This document shows positions 1 through 13,969 of a stretch of DNA of 64,000 bases, one piece after another. The position numbers and the translations under genes are program-made. Origin of the DNA: Negaprion brevirostris (lineage: Eukaryota); NCBI GenBank assembly GCA_030324005.1, contig JARDVH010000124.1:19597165-19661164 (forward strand). Reading direction: 5' to 3'. How positions within the stretch are numbered: the stretch's first letter is position 1; every line of letters starts with the position of its first letter. Below the pieces are notes generated by a model. It was not told the origin of the DNA and made no database searches. It worked only from the letters and a program-made list of their open reading frames with translations.

Positions 1-423
1 CAGCCATCCTGCTCTGCCACCAAGTGAGGCTCTTTACCATTTAACTATAAACCCTGTGGCTCCACCAGCTCTTGGCAGGTGGTCCTTGGTCTGGAGAAGG
101 CTCGTACCTGCCCAATCATGTGCCTGAGTGGAAAAGGTGTGGCAGACCTTTTTGAAAAAAAGGCGACATGAGTTCTTGCCACCTCTTTGGTCAGTGGCTG
201 AGACCTTAATTTCCTCCAAAAGATTCCACCGATAATGAAGACATGCCAGTATATATTCAGGAAGATAATGCCCCTTTCACATTATGTTGATTTCCAGAGA
301 CAATACTGAATTTTTATTCAGTTTTGATCCATTTTTCACATCTTAAAATTGTAACATAGAGTTAAAGTTTCCAAAAAGCTTTCAACCAGGGTAGCAACTT
401 CAGATCTTACAACTCCACAGAAA

Positions 424-748
424 CTATAGAAATCCTACAGTGCAAAAGGAGGGCATTTGGCCCACCGAGTCTGCAACCACTCAGACCCTATCCCTGTCAC
501 CCCACATATTTAGCTCACTAATCCCTCTAACCTGTATATCTCAGGACACTAAGAGGCAATTTATCATGGTCAAGGCATCTAACCTGCACATCTTTGGACT
601 GTGGGAGGAAACTGGAACACCCGGAGGAAACCCACGCAGACACAGGGAGAACATGCAAACTCCATACACACAGTCACCCAAGCTGGGAATCAAATCCGGA
701 TTCCTGGAACTGTGAGGAGCAGTGCTAACCACTGTGCCAATGTGTGTC
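424..748 (-). mobile_element. HE1-like tRNA-derived V-SINE
   Basis: Reverse complement has the head 'ggcacagtggttagcactgct...', the core 'ggtttcctccgggtgttccagtttcctcccacagtccaaagatgtgcaggttag' and a CR1-like tail ending 'ggatttctatag'. Many similar copies occur in the window. Confidence 0.9.
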
Positions 749-2884
749 ATAGAAGGGACCCATTTGGCCTATCCTGTTCATCCCACCCAATAAGTCCTTA
801 CAGTAAAACTTACAATCTATTGGCTGTGAACCAAGACTTACTTCTCCATGTCCCATTCTTAGAAAGCATTCTTTTTCTAGTAGAGTGGTAATCAATTTTA
901 TTCCTGATCCTCCTTAAACCCTACTGTGAGGAATATGCTCACCTCGCACACTGTGCAGAACTGTATATTTTTTTGTCAGCAGGATATCTAACACACAATG
1001 AAATTTATTAACATGTATAACAGTCTTCAATCAGTCACAAAGAAGTCAAAACTAATAGAATTTCTATTTATCCAATATTGAGCGCAGACTCTCAATTGAG
1101 CTTAGGTGAAGTTGGCAGAACCAAAACTTAGGGACCCCACAATGTGCATGGCCAGAGTAAAGGTAAAACTCTACAGTAGCACAGGACACTGGTGGCAGGC
1201 ATGGTTTACCGGTGTTGGATGGGAAGAATTCCAAACTCCAGGACAAGTCTCCTCCATCAATTTTCTTTAGTGAGACAGATTAATGGGTCAGTTGAAGCTC
1301 TGGAGGTTTCTCTGAACTTGCCTGGCCTGGACTGGTGTGTTCACTGAAGGGAAATTTCTTGGCTCTCAGTTGCCTCCCCCAGTGGTACTCAGTTATGACC
1401 AACATCACACCTCTCTCTCCATTTTCCAATCACTTACACATCTCTATCTCTACCAGAAGTAGAACGACGTGAAATCTAAAAGCATTCGCAAATAAATTAT
1501 GGCCCGTCTTTACAGTAAGTATAAACCTTTATAATGGGATGTGCAAAAATTGGAACATGGCTACAGGGAAGCCATGTTATGTTTTTCTATCATGTTCACA
1601 TATAACTGCTAGGTTNNNNTTACATTTAACTAAATGTAATCGTTTCACTTTCAAACAGAAAGTAACAGAGCAGAAATCACTGTCAGATACAAGGCAGGAG
1701 AGCAGAAAGCTTTTTGATGAAGTAATTGTTTTAATTATATATCACAACTAGAGTCACTGACAAGAGGTTTCAACGCTTCATAAAAAATTGCAGCATTTAG
1801 CTATAATTTCTATTAAATCCTCTTGAGCTCTATTCTGAGCGGAATAGTGTGTTCATATGGTATAATTAGCATATGAAAACACATAAAAAATAGGTGAGCA
1901 ATAGAAAGGAGGAAATGCATCTTTGAAAAAATGGGCATAGGCTGAATAACTAGGTATCTTTTTTTCCTTTCCTCATTAGTTCAATTCTGAGTTGGTGACG
2001 TTAACTTTTTTATCCAAGATGGTGAAGGAGTTGTGGAAGACTTTTAAAACTTGTTCCACTGAGCCACCTTGTGGACTGAAAATCGAGATAGTTGACATAG
2101 CAATTTATGGCAGCAAATATGACAGAAAAACATGATGGAAAATCATGACAAAAGGAAGGAAGGTTTACGGTCAGAATTTTTATTCGTGCAAGTTTCTTTG
2201 TCAATGTTTTCTCGCCAGAAGCTGACCTCAGTAACCATGCTTCATGGCTCACCATTGAAATGCAATGAAATGCATGAGGTTTCTGTTTGTTGCATGACAA
2301 ATATGAATTCAATTTGCCATGGAAAGTCGGATCCTGTCCATTTCTGTCAAAGTACCCCTTTTAAAAAGTGCTAAATTCCTTGTTAAAAACAGCCTATCTG
2401 CCACTGAGAAATGAATATAACTAGTGTCTCATTTCTTCAGATTTTAATTGTTACTGGAGATTAAAACAATCTGAAAACAACATGTTTTCAGCTTTCAATT
2501 TCTGTATCATTTTTCTCACTTTGATTTTTTTTCGTTCCCTTCTCTTCTTATATCTGATTTGATATTGAATTCCCCCACATAACTTGCAGTGGTCAGAACT
2601 TGCAGTGCTCATTTTCCAATCCTTTAGTCTGGTTAGTTAAGGAGATAGACAGTTGTTTGCCTGTTCACTCAGACCACAAATGTCCTGCTCAGGATGCCGC
2701 TCTATATCCATCTCACATATCCAGCAACATGCAGGGCAAAATATCACCATTATTGAATAGGCAAGACATGTCAAACTAACAATGGGCAATGGTGATTGCT
2801 CTGCCACAGTAATGTTGGGCCTGTATGTAAGTGCCCTGGTGAGCAAACCATTGATAATTCCAAAACACAATATTTCCTAGTCTT

Positions 2885-3233
2885 GCACAATTCCTACAGT
2901 ACAGAAGGAGGCCATTCAGCACATTGACACTGCATCGACTCTCCAACAGAGAATCTTACCCAGGTCCTATTCCCATAACCCCATTAATCCCATAATCTCG
3001 TTAATCCTCTAACCTACACATCTTGGGACACTCAGGGGCAATTTACCATGGCCAATCAACCTAACCTGTACATCTATGGAGTGTAGGAAGAAACTGGAGC
3101 ACCCAGAGGAAACCCACACAGATGGGGGAGAACGTGCAAACTCCACACAGACAGTCACCCAAGGCTGGAATTAAACCCGGGTCCCTGGTGCTGTGAGGCA
3201 GCAGTACTAACCACTGTGGCACCATGCTGTCCG
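2885..3233 (-). mobile_element. HE1-like V-SINE
   Basis: Near full-length copy similar to 424-748 (aaactggagcacccagaggaaacccacaca...gcagtactaaccactgtggcacc). Confidence 0.9.
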
Positions 3234-3904
3234 CATTGCAACTAAACCATAAATAACTACCTTTTCACTACAATCAAAATTTGTACTGATTTATTTCAAT
3301 TATATGTTATGTAGTCACATAAAAAGGTAAGTTTTTTAATAAACTGTTTAATTGCTAATTGTGGTCATTAGATGAGTTGTTTGCAAACAGAACTTCCTTT
3401 GCCAAATATAAATCTCAAAATATAAATCATAACGATGACTATTTAAGATTCATGCAGCATGTATGCAGTTTGCAGTATTAATACCTTTACACTGAAAATT
3501 GGCCACACTGGCAAACGCAGTCTGCATGTTACTTAAGTAATTTTGTGTCATTGGTAAAACAACAAGTTGTCTAATAAAATTCAAAATGCCAACAACGACC
3601 TGTGAAAAATTCCTCTAGTAGTCTCAAAAGCTTGCATTGGTGTCTGCAGCACAAGTTTAAAAATAATACTGCAAATGTGAGGCCTCCGGGAAGACAGGAG
3701 CACTACAAATGATCAAAAAAGTAAATAAATATTACAAGACTTGAATTAGATGGGACCAGACCACAAATTTCCCACAGCCCCAATTACGTTTTTTTGGAAT
3801 CAGGTGTTACGTAACATGGAATGAGAAAGGAAAGATTTTAGTTTGACAAATATTTAGAATAAATTGTAAAACTGCAGCACCCACTTCCATTAAAAAAAAA
3901 TGCA

Positions 3905-4027
3905 GTGAATGTTCCCGTTCCGCCTGCCACGGGAATCATAGCGGCTGAGGGCAGAGCGTGAAAAGATCCATTGACCTCGGACAGGATTTTCTGGTTTCGG
4001 GGCAAGTGTGACCAGGAAATCCGTCCA
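3905..4027. mobile_element. ~125 bp MITE-like element (same family as 49271-49396 and 56247-56371)
   Basis: Shares internal motif 'tcc.ttgacct.gg.caggatttt..ggttt' with the 49271 copy. Terminal inverted repeats are decayed. Confidence 0.6.
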
Positions 4028-4206
4028 TTGTTCTGAAGGAGGGACCAGTGATTGCCTATTGTGTTTTCAGGAATGCTGTCTAACAATTGGTGTGTTTCAG
4101 AAGTGGTTCTTTCGAACTTATGCTTCTTTTGTAGCCTATACATACAATATAAACTTCCAGTGTAGAAATCTTCAGCATTAAATAATGGGAACCTAAAATT
4201 ATACAC

Positions 4207-4870
4207 GTCAGCTTGGCTCAGTTGGTAGTGGAGTCGTCTGATTCAGGGACTCATGGGTTCAAATCCACCCCAGGACATAATCAGCGTAGGTCTACAGGAA
4301 TGCTGCATTGTCAGTTTTCAAATTAAAGTGAACCAAATGTCCTATCACTTTGTTCAAAGGAATGCTGCAAATGTTATTATTCAAAGTGCAAGTATTTTCC
4401 TAGTGTCCTGAGTAACGTTGCTTCTCATTACTTCCACCACTGCTGGATTATAGAACATAGAACATTACAGCACAGAACAGGCCCTTCGGCCCACGATGTT
4501 GCGCCGCCCAATTAAAAAGCAATGACCCTCTAACCTAAACCAATCCCTTTCCATCCATATGGATAACATTGGAATAGTTTAGGTTAGAGGGTCATTAGAT
4601 TGGTTCCACTGGTCGGTGCAACATCGAGGGCCNNNNNNNNNNNNNNNNNNNNNNNNNNNNNNNNNNNNNNNNNNNNNNNNNNNNNNNNNNNNNNNNNNNN
4701 NNNNNNNNNNNNNNNNNNNNNNNNNNNNNNNNTAGTAACATGGAAAGATCCATGGCACAGAGGAGCCCATTCTGTCTGGTTATTCGATGATTCATCTCAT
4801 TAATTGTTGGTTGTGGGCCTTGCAGTGTGGAATAATGAATAATTATTGGGAAATGAAGCGATTTTGAACA
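4207..4870 (+). mobile_element. DeuSINE-like (SacSINE1-type) copy interrupted by inverted CR1 tails
   Basis: tRNA-like A box 'ggctcagttggtag' and B box 'gggttcaaatcc', then Deu-like 'ggaatgctgcattgtcag'. The sequence resumes after the gap at ~4775. Confidence 0.6.
4451..4632. repeat. Inverted pair of CR1 3' ends (palindrome)
   Basis: Perfect 20-bp inverted repeat 4521-4540 / 4577-4596, plus outer arms 'ggcccacgatgttgcgccg' / 'cggtgcaacatcgagggcc'. Left end carries the reversed CR1 tail (tagaaca)n. Confidence 0.8.
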
Positions 4871-6589
4871 TTTCAGGCAATTTACTCTCTTAGTCCTAGC
4901 ACTCTACTTCTACTCAAAAGTTTCTGATATATGATGATTCTAAGAGAATGCATGAAACCTCCGTCCAACATCCAGCAGACTTATCAATAATTGATCTTAC
5001 CTCTTTTCATACTACTTCCCAGAAGGACATATTCCATATCAAATAGACTTGCATGCACATCAACCCACAATGCTACAGTTCAAGGGGTATATTTCTGGCA
5101 AAATAGTCCTTCTGGGATATGGTATGTTTAGTTAAGGAATTTTGATTTCCCGTGTAGACTGTAGTCTTAGTTGATTGGCCAGGGTGTACGAACATTGGGC
5201 CAATGTACATGAACATGAAATCAATTTGTTTCTTTAATCGAGCCTCCAAGGGTCATCCTTTTTCATCAGGTTACTTGAAAAATTCAAAGACTTTGTTTTG
5301 AGAGCTCAGTGACCTGTTTTTATTGTGGATTTGCCTCATAATTAATCACAATTAATACTGCAAAACATCTGGTCTGGAAGTAAAAATCTCCATTAGTGAA
5401 ATAAATATATCATAATGCTGCTGGTAGATAATTTTGATAAATGATACAGTTCCCACTATTCCAACTTTGCTCATGCATGTGTGCACTGAATTCCAAGTCA
5501 GAGTTAAATTGATGAATGAGACATATAATTTGCCTGGGATATCATATTTATGTTGTGCTCCTCATCACACAAAGGGTCATTTACCCCACAGTCTTCAGGT
5601 CACTAGCTTCCAAATGGATGGTTAAGTCACAGAGCTATATTGCAACAATATGTGGGTGTATTGAATTGGGGGGTGTCCACATAGACTTACCAGCTGGACA
5701 AAATACAAAGTTTTGAAGACCAGCACCTCCCCATTCCTGAAGGATTGATAACTTTTTGAGCACTATGTGAGATTTCAAAACACAGGCAGGGATTTCTCTC
5801 AAAGCATGTTCAAATATAGATTAGCTGCACAGTGCACTTGTTTTATTCAAGATTATTGTCACAAAGAATGAAATAGCTTTGAGCTATGATCCAGATCAAT
5901 ATCAATTGTTTTTCTGATTGCCAGTTCACTTCATAAAGACCCCACATTTTTTCTAGGCCAATACTGTATCATTCATCAGCAATATGGAAGAGGCCATGAG
6001 GCAATTGCAATGGGATGCCAATAAGAAAGTATTCTTTAACAACATAGACTCTATTGCTGTTGAGGCACAAGTGGCAGTTTTCGACCATAATGATTGGAAG
6101 AAGGTATTAGCTGCATATGTGAGCCCTTAGACATACTTGAGTCTACCAAGCTTCATTATTGAATGGTGTAAAGACCAACTCATAAATTGTAACAATTTAT
6201 TTTCTCGTCATCTGCATTTCAACAGTTTGTACTAAAATGCAAAGACTTTGTCACAAGTCTTAACCTGAACTTTATCAGGCTTTGAAAAATAAGATAATGA
6301 AAGAGCAAAGTAGTTCTCAGTTCAATATAGCTAAGGGGCATAAAACAACAAATGGCTAACTAAATACAAGAGCTCATGCTTGATGCATCACAAACTAATT
6401 CACTAGCATTGTCTACTGGTGACAATGCTCCAGATTTCATTAGCATCATAGAACAAAAAAGGACATATTTACAGCTACATATATTGATAGTTCTACCTCC
6501 CTCAAAATGATTGGAATTCTATCCATAGGGATACATTTCATTCCCAGAATTCAGCTTGTTTGTTCATGTTTGGACTAGGGTTATAAGAA

Positions 6590-7210
6590 GGTCCAGAGTC
6601 ACATGGAACTGAAGCCATACCGAGCATCAGTGAGCAGGGTATGGGGGAGGCACTGCAGCTTTTTAGCACAGTCCATAGCACCTTCCATCTTTTTATGATG
6701 ATTGAGTGGCAAACTGATATAGTCTCAACCTTCAGCAGAGTGATAGAAACCTTAGTCCAAATGTGAATGAATGAGCTAACTTTACATTAGGCTGTAGTTT
6801 GACTGAATGTGGCATCAAAGAGCCAGGTAAAATTAAAGCCATTTGACATTTTGGGGTAAGTTTCCACTAGCCGGAGTCACACCTGGCTCAAAGGAAGGAA
6901 CTAGTGGCTGTTGGAGGACAATCAGCAGATCAGAACATTGCTGCAGGAGTTCCTCAAGGCAGTGCTCTAGGCCCAATGATCCTCTACTGCTTCCCTCCAA
7001 CATAAGTTCAGAAGTGGGGGATATTAGTTGGCACAGTATTAAGTTTCATATGCAACTTGTTAGATAATGGAGCAGTCTGTGCCCGCATGAGGCAAGAAAA
7101 TGATAACATTCAGGCCTGGGCCGATAAGCGGCAAGTAATATTTATGCTACAATCTTAAAACTGCTATGACGATCTCCAACAAGAGAGAATCTAACCAGTT
7201 CCTGTTGAAT
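6590..7210 (+). mobile_element. Decayed CR1/L2-superfamily LINE RT fragment
   Basis: 'gcaggagttcctcaaggcagtgctctaggccca' encodes an RT GVPQGSxLGP-type motif. The frame is broken. Confidence 0.7.
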
Positions 7211-8253
7211 GACATTCACATCTTACAAGAGAATAAAATAAAATCAGTGGCATCCAAGAATTGCCTCAAGTCTGTAGTAAATACTAAAAGTGCTATCAGT
7301 GACAAACGGACTCTAAATATAAGGTATTAAACTGCAGCTTTATATGGACTGATAAATACCACGTTTTTAAAAAGAAACATAAACTTCCTACCTCCATTAA
7401 AATATACAAAGAGTAAATGAATATTACACAGCAAGAACCTATCGATTGAAAAGGCCAAGAAANNNNNNNNNNAAATTCACTCAATCCTAGTTTCCTCTCA
7501 GGTTATTATCCTGTAGGTGGACAGTGAAAAGCATACTTGCCTCAAGTATACTTTTGCTACTCAATGTTTAGATATATGGTAGTATCACTAAGGGTATTCA
7601 ACAATAAGACCTTTTTATCATATTGGCTGGATATTAATATTCACGGATGTTTCTCTGATTTTCTAAAAGGAGGATGATTAACACTTAAGCGTGGTTAAGG
7701 TCAGGTGAATTGTTGAGCTGCTTAATTTTGCATAAATCAACTGAGTGTACAGGATAACCATTATAGCAAATGCCATTTCAACTGAACTTCACAACCTTTT
7801 TAAATAAGAAACATGATAAACTATGCCACATATTTCTGGTTAGTGGACTAAGTAGCACTTGCTTTCGGTGAATCCTATTATAAATACAAAGTTTGTTCTG
7901 AGTCTGGTCAGCTCTCCTATTCTGGTGGGCTTTTTGGAACGTTAGCTGTAATAGGTCACAACCTGAACATTGAGGGCCATGATTCAGAAATGTTTTGACC
8001 ATTCTTGCACAGAAAGGGTTTGGGGTAGTAAGAGTTTCCATACATTAAATGGTGCTGCTTTGAAGCAGGCTGCAATTTACACTGTGCACTGAGCTAAAAA
8101 TGGTTAGGATGTAAATTTTCTCCAAAGATTGTAAATAATAAACAAAGTAAATACCTTGCTTTGATAATCAAGACACCACATCGAATGTGTTGGCAAGTTT
8201 CTGGCTGAGAGCTACATCCAATTACCAATTCATAGCTGGCCCATTTAGACCAA

Positions 8254-8948
8254 GGGCTGAATAATATGGGGGTGCAGATAGCAGGCCCCCACTCCCCACT
8301 GCCCCAAACCCAGAAACTACGTCAGCATGGCTCTATGCCAGCCTGCTTGGCCAGCAGCTCAATGAGTCGTAGTAGTGCCAGGAGTACGTCAGTAGTTGCT
8401 GCTGGGGAAACAGGAGAAAAGCAAGATTAAGACCCAGGATTTTTCAGAGCAGCTAAATCTGGTGTATTGGGCTGGGAGGATTTGGGCAGTCAAGGGAGAG
8501 GTTGCAGGGTGGGGGGTGGTGCAGGCTATAAGGGAAGGAGCAGTTACGATGGAAGTCAGAATGGGGGAACGGACCCTAAAAGGAACATCCGCAATCGGCC
8601 AAGGGCAGCCCAAGAAGTGCGACCATCCACATCCTTCCCGGTATTTAAGCATTTGTTTTAAAAAAGAATTGGACTTCTCAGTCCCACCTGGCTGCCTGCA
8701 TCTAACATTTTATGGCATGGCAGCATGTTATCAGAGTCAATTGGCTTGATACAAGTCTAACTGAGCCTTGTTTATTCATTTAAATGTGGTGGGCTGCTGA
8801 TTTTTGTACCCCACACCACCTCCAGACTATGGGGGATGTTCAGGGGTGGGAGGGATGGTGGTGGAATGGATGCCCGCTATATTTTATGTGCCCCCTACCT
8901 TCTCCCCACATCGTAAATATGGCTGTCAGAAGCATGTAAAGTTCAGCC
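8254..8948. mobile_element. Putative non-autonomous DNA transposon
   Basis: GC-richer block bounded by short inverted ends 'ggctgaa' ... 'ttcagcc'. Confidence 0.45.
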
Positions 8949-10171
8949 AAATGTTTCCACAGTCCAATTTTTGAAACTTCAGATATTAATCATAAGTATC
9001 AGGATACTAGTGGAGTGTGAAATGTTGAAAGATAGAGATTACTGTCAGCATAAGCGTAACCCAAGACCTAGCTTGGATCTGAAGTTGGCACTACCAGGTT
9101 GTAAATGTCAGGGTGCGAGAGAGAATTGCTAAGTTTGCTCTCCAAATTGGGGTGCTGAATGGGGGGCCTGAAGAGGNNNNNNNNNNCCTTTGGTGAGCCC
9201 ACAATGGTGTTACTCTCAGGGGGAATGATGCTGCTTTGGGTCATGTTGATGCCTATGTTGTGTAGGCGGTTGGGGGGGAATAATCTGAGCACTTAACAGT
9301 GGTGGGGCACATGGTGAGGTTTTCCTTTCACGTTGAAGGGTTTGGGGTGCTCACCTTGTCTGCAGGGGGTGAGGGGGTCATGAAGAGCAATCGGGGAGGC
9401 GGAGGGTGAAGGCAGTCACTGTTCTTTCAGATAAGAGTGCTCTGGTGTCTGAGCAGCAGGATCGGCCAGTGTTCTTGCCTCGCTCAAAGCCAGTACAAAA
9501 CTTGCCCCTCTCTAAAAACTTTCCAAGTGCTGTGGAATAGCAGCTGATTAGCGATGTCAGNNNNNNNNNNNNNNNNGACTGATTTTCTTGCTGGTGGCAG
9601 TGCTTTGTTTCCTGGTTTTTGACCTTGTGTATTTCTATGGGCTTGGTCCTCTGAAAAATACCAAAGATGTTTTTTGAATGGTGTCTATGTCTGCCTCTTT
9701 AGGATAACTGTTCCTTTTTAGGATAACACTATCTATTATACTAAGATGTAACTGATTCTAGTTTAACGTTCATGTTCGGCCTCTCTCTGGATGTTTCTTA
9801 GCTGGATATTTCCAAAGTATGCATCTCCATATCTAATAGTGATTGATCACATCCTTCCTTTCTCTGTCATCAGAATACAATCCTCAATGATAATGTTTTC
9901 CACAATGAAATGAGACATGCATAAAAAAAGAGGTTTCAGCTTAATCAATTTGATGCATCATTTTTTGTACTTTACAGCATCCATTCCTTACTTGTGCATT
10001 CAGCATCTCTGTGAAGGATATTACAGGATCATTATCCTCGAGTGTCCATTCCCTAGCACAACCACTATGCACATTAAACTTACAATGCATGACAAAACAA
10101 TATGCTTTATGCCCTACGGTTATTAAACAACATGAACCGTGCCACCAAATTTTCTTGTGGATTCTTTAAAA

Positions 10172-10255
10172 CAAGAATTTCCAATCTGCGTTCCACGGAA
10201 CACTGGGAATCCATGAGAGCTTCCAGGAGTTTGGGGGGGGCGGCACATGGATCTG
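10172..10255 (+). mobile_element. Probable hAT/Charlie-like terminal fragment
   Basis: 'ttccaatctgcgttccacggaacactgggaatccatgagag' resembles CpG-decayed Charlie-type ends (TTCCCAAcCTGnGTTCCGCGGAACCCTnGGGTTCCGCGAG). Confidence 0.45.
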
Positions 10256-10944
10256 TAGAGTTTGAATTTTGTGTTGTTCCCAGTTCATTCACTTGAAAAA
10301 GCTGGAAACAGCATGAAACTCAATTTGCAGAGATCGGAATGAACATGGAGTGGTGTGGGAAAGAGTGGNNNNNNNNNNNNNNNNNNNNNNNNNNNNNNNN
10401 NNNNNNNNNNNNNNNNNNNNNNNNNNNNNNNNNNNNNNNNNNNNNNNNNNNNNNNNNNNNNNNNNNNNNNNNNNNNNNNNNNNNNNNNNNNNNNNNNNNN
10501 NNNNNNNNNNNNNNNNNNNNNNNNNNNNNNNNNNNNNNNNNNNNNNNNNNNNNNNNNNNNNNNNNNNNNNNNNNNNNNNNNNNNNNNNNNNNNNNNNNNN
10601 NNNNNNNNNNNNNNNNNNNNNNNNNNNNNNNNNNNNNNNNNNNNNNNNNNNNNNNNNNNNNNNNNNNNNNNNNNNNNNNNNNNNNNNNNNNNNNNNNNNN
10701 NNNNNNNNNNNNNNNNNNNNNNNNNNNNNNNNNNNNNNNNNNNNNNNNNNNAAAATATATTTCACTGTCAATTCAAGGATTAATTGTCACCATATGAAAG
10801 TATTTTGAGAAACCATTAGGTAGTTATTTGTACCATTTGGACTACTACTTTGAATCGTAAGCCTAATGTCCTATTCATTATTTAGGACAGTTTGATAAAA
10901 AGCAAAGCTAATTTCCATGACGCAAAACTTCGATGTTTGAAATA

Positions 10945-11186
10945 TAGAGTCTTGTCAGTGAATGAGGAGGACATTCAGTCCATCAAGCCGACACAGACAA
11001 TCCGAAACAGCAACTCAGCCAGGCCCATCCTCACCATATCCCTGTAATCCTGCACATTTACCATGACTAATCAACCCGACTTACACATCTTTGGGCTGTG
11101 TTAGGAAACGCACACAGACACAGGGAGGATGTGGAAACTCCACACAATTACCTAAGGTTGGAATCGAATCCGGATCCCTGCTGCTG
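10945..11186 (-). mobile_element. Decayed HE1-like V-SINE
   Basis: 'ttacacatctttgggctgtg', 'aaactccacaca' and 'ggaatcgaatccggatccctg' match the other copies. Confidence 0.75.
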
Positions 11187-11779
11187 ATGTACAGAGGTCC
11201 AGCATCATGCTTGACTGGATGTGGTACAACTAAAGATCTTATATCTGCTCCAATGATTGAAGGTCAGCTTAGCTGTCTAAAAAATATTGTTTTTGGTTCT
11301 TGGCATGCAGGTCAGCCTGTGTTGTCAATTCATGAAATCAATGATCTAATTTTAAGGTATGCACAGTGCTGTTCCAGGCATACTCTTATCATTAAAACTG
11401 GTTATTCTCCCTACTTGTTGAGCCCAGAATAGTGAGGAATTTGCCCAGATGCGAGGTTACAGATTGCGAAGTAAAATTTTGCCACTGGTGATAGTCCACG
11501 ACTCACAGATTCCCAGTTCTAGTGTACCAGATCCGCCTTCAGTATGTTTCACGTGTCATTATAAAGATCAGATTTTGTGTTTGCATGGACAGTGCAGTGC
11601 TTACGTCTCCTAACATTATATGACTGTGAATGTAGACTGCTATGAGCAAGGTCAATTGGGTTTCTCCCTCGTGTTGGCTCTCTCGCCATCAAAGGCCCAG
11701 CTGTATCCACGGCCTTCAGCACTCGTTCAGCTCAATCAGTGGTGGTACCAACAAGATATAGTGAAGGCCATCCCCAGAG

Positions 11780-11970
11780 TGTAATTTAAGAGTTTTGTAG
11801 ACCATGTGGTCATGCTGTTTACTTAAGAGATTACATGACAGGAACGCAGGAGTGCGTTTCCCCAGAGTGCGAGCACAGTACAAGCATGGAGTAGCTACTT
11901 AGCCATTGAATAAAGTATTGTTGGTTACAAGCCCTTGGTTGCCAGTCTTTGGCAATCCAACACATCTACA
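11780..11970 (+). mobile_element. Possible short solo LTR inside a LINE fragment
   Basis: TGTA...TACA termini and AATAAA at ~11909. No target-site duplication seen. Confidence 0.4.
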
Positions 11971-13969
11971 TCTTTGATTTTCCTCCATGTGGTATTATTT
12001 ACCAGGAAACGTTATGGATTCATAATTTCATGAGGGGCAATAGATACTGATCAGTGAGAGGTCTCTTTGGCTTTGTTTTAATTGAAGCCATGTGGCATCA
12101 ATAGCGTCCACAATCAAAGCTGAGGACCTATGGGATCATTCTCACTCAATTATGCCACCACACATGATGGAACTCCCTTGTCTGTTGGAAAACATAGGGA
12201 TGGTGCTGGATTCCTCTGGGATGTTGACTGATAGATATGATTACATAAGTGTGATTATGTTGATGTCACAGGTACTCTCAATTTGGGAAAATACTTTCTA
12301 GATGTGAGAAGGGGCAGGGTCAATTGGGCGGAGAGATTTTTAAAAAAAATAATTCTTTTCAGAGTCTTTGCTATAATTCAAAGGTTAAAAAGCAATGGCT
12401 GAGTAACAGGCATCAAATTACCTATCATAGCAACAACAACTAATAAAAGGTTCCATCTTTTAAGGCAAGGTGAAGGAGTCATATAATGACATGTATTCTT
12501 AAACGACCCAGGATCTACAAACCATCCCTGTGAGTTTTGCTTGATTTTATTCATTGCATGAGGCTGATTTTTTTTGTGCAATTCGGGGTTCACAGGCTGA
12601 AAATTCAGGTGTGGAAAGCACTGCACCAGAAACATTAAAGATCAAAACTTATCCACGGTAAGTAGGCTGGAACCAATGAAATAGTCTTTGCACCTTCTTA
12701 TGCGTTAATGATTTCTTCAGCCAGGTAGAGAGATTCATAAAACTTTGAAACAAATTCTGATAGAGGAGCATCTAGAAAATGATATTACTCCCAAAGCCAT
12801 TCAGAGTTAAGCTGCCTTTTATTTCAATTCTCAACAATAAAACCTCCTCAATTAATTGGTGAATGGCTCCCCATTTTCATTTCTCTTAGCAATTTTCTAA
12901 AAAGTTACATTGATCTGTGTGTGATCTGTTAGTCAAGGCTTTCCAACATTTTTATTACTCTGCTAACAGATTGGAAGAATAGTTACTTTGTCCTCTCTGA
13001 CTCTGACTTATTGGTTTCTTTTTTTTTCAAATATCGTGAGCAATTTGCCTTATGAAAATCGAGTTAACATCCTTTTACAACTTACACTATTTCCAAAACA
13101 AAAAGAATTCATTTTTCTGGACAATATGGGTGAGAGCTCAAACAATTACAAAAACATTTTGTTCAAAATTTTTGGTTCAACTTTGAGCTTTTATTCTCCT
13201 CTGCATTTTGTATGACATTTTAGTTGACTATTATTCTTTGTTAACAATCTCAAAAAACGGCTTTGAAGTTGAGGTAACAGCTTGTTTTAGTTCTTGTGCA
13301 AACAAACGGCCATTGATTTTGCTTCTCATCTACTGGTAGAAGGTTTTTAACTTGTATGGTTCCGTTCAACTGAGAAACTCTGGGCAAATCCACAGACTCC
13401 AAGGACAGGGATAGGAGTTGGAGGGAAAAAATCCTAGCTATAATCAGCTCTCCTCTGGAAGTTTCTTCACAACTTTCAGCCATATATATTCAAAATGATT
13501 CGGACTGTAAATTTAATTCCCAACGGAGCAATTTCTTGGTGCAGGAAGGAGGAGGAAAGAGAAACATCATGAACTCCAGGTGGGATGATGAGCTATTTGC
13601 TCTAGTTCACAGTTAACTTATCCATGATTGCCCATTATTCGCCTCAGCCAAAGCAATCTCAAAAGAATAAAAATTGAAAGTAAGCCCTGAATCTAAATTC
13701 CAATGTGAATTTCTATCATCGGTGTGAAATGTTCATCTTCATGCCTTAAAATTTAACTTGAAGCAGCATTTTAACATCTAGTTGCTCCAAAACTGTTTCC
13801 TAAAATTGAAATTGAACTAATTGCAGAAATGTAATAATCAATATAGAATGTTTAAACATTCTATAGCATTTGGCATTGATCAGCCTGAGGAGCATATATC
13901 AGTCTTATTCATGGACAGCTTACAGTCTTACTGACATTTATACACATCTCAATGCATTTTCAACATTGA

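Noticed and set aside
4207-4275. tRNA-like A and B boxes here and at other SINE heads
   Set aside because: No cloverleaf; these are SINE Pol III promoters, not tRNA genes.
5516-5716. ICGCIELGGVHIDLP as a possible transposase GAIDGTH motif
   Set aside because: Catalytic Asp absent and no supporting motifs nearby.
10107-10301. Minus-strand ORF VNELGTTQ...PPKLLEALMDSQCSVERRLEILV with a plausible acceptor, considered as an exon
   Set aside because: Its core resembles a hAT/Charlie terminus on the plus strand and there is no good donor. Not fully excluded without RNA-seq.
12693-12771. Minus-strand AG...GT cassette open in one frame
   Set aside because: Weak donor (gtgcaa) and no recognisable peptide.
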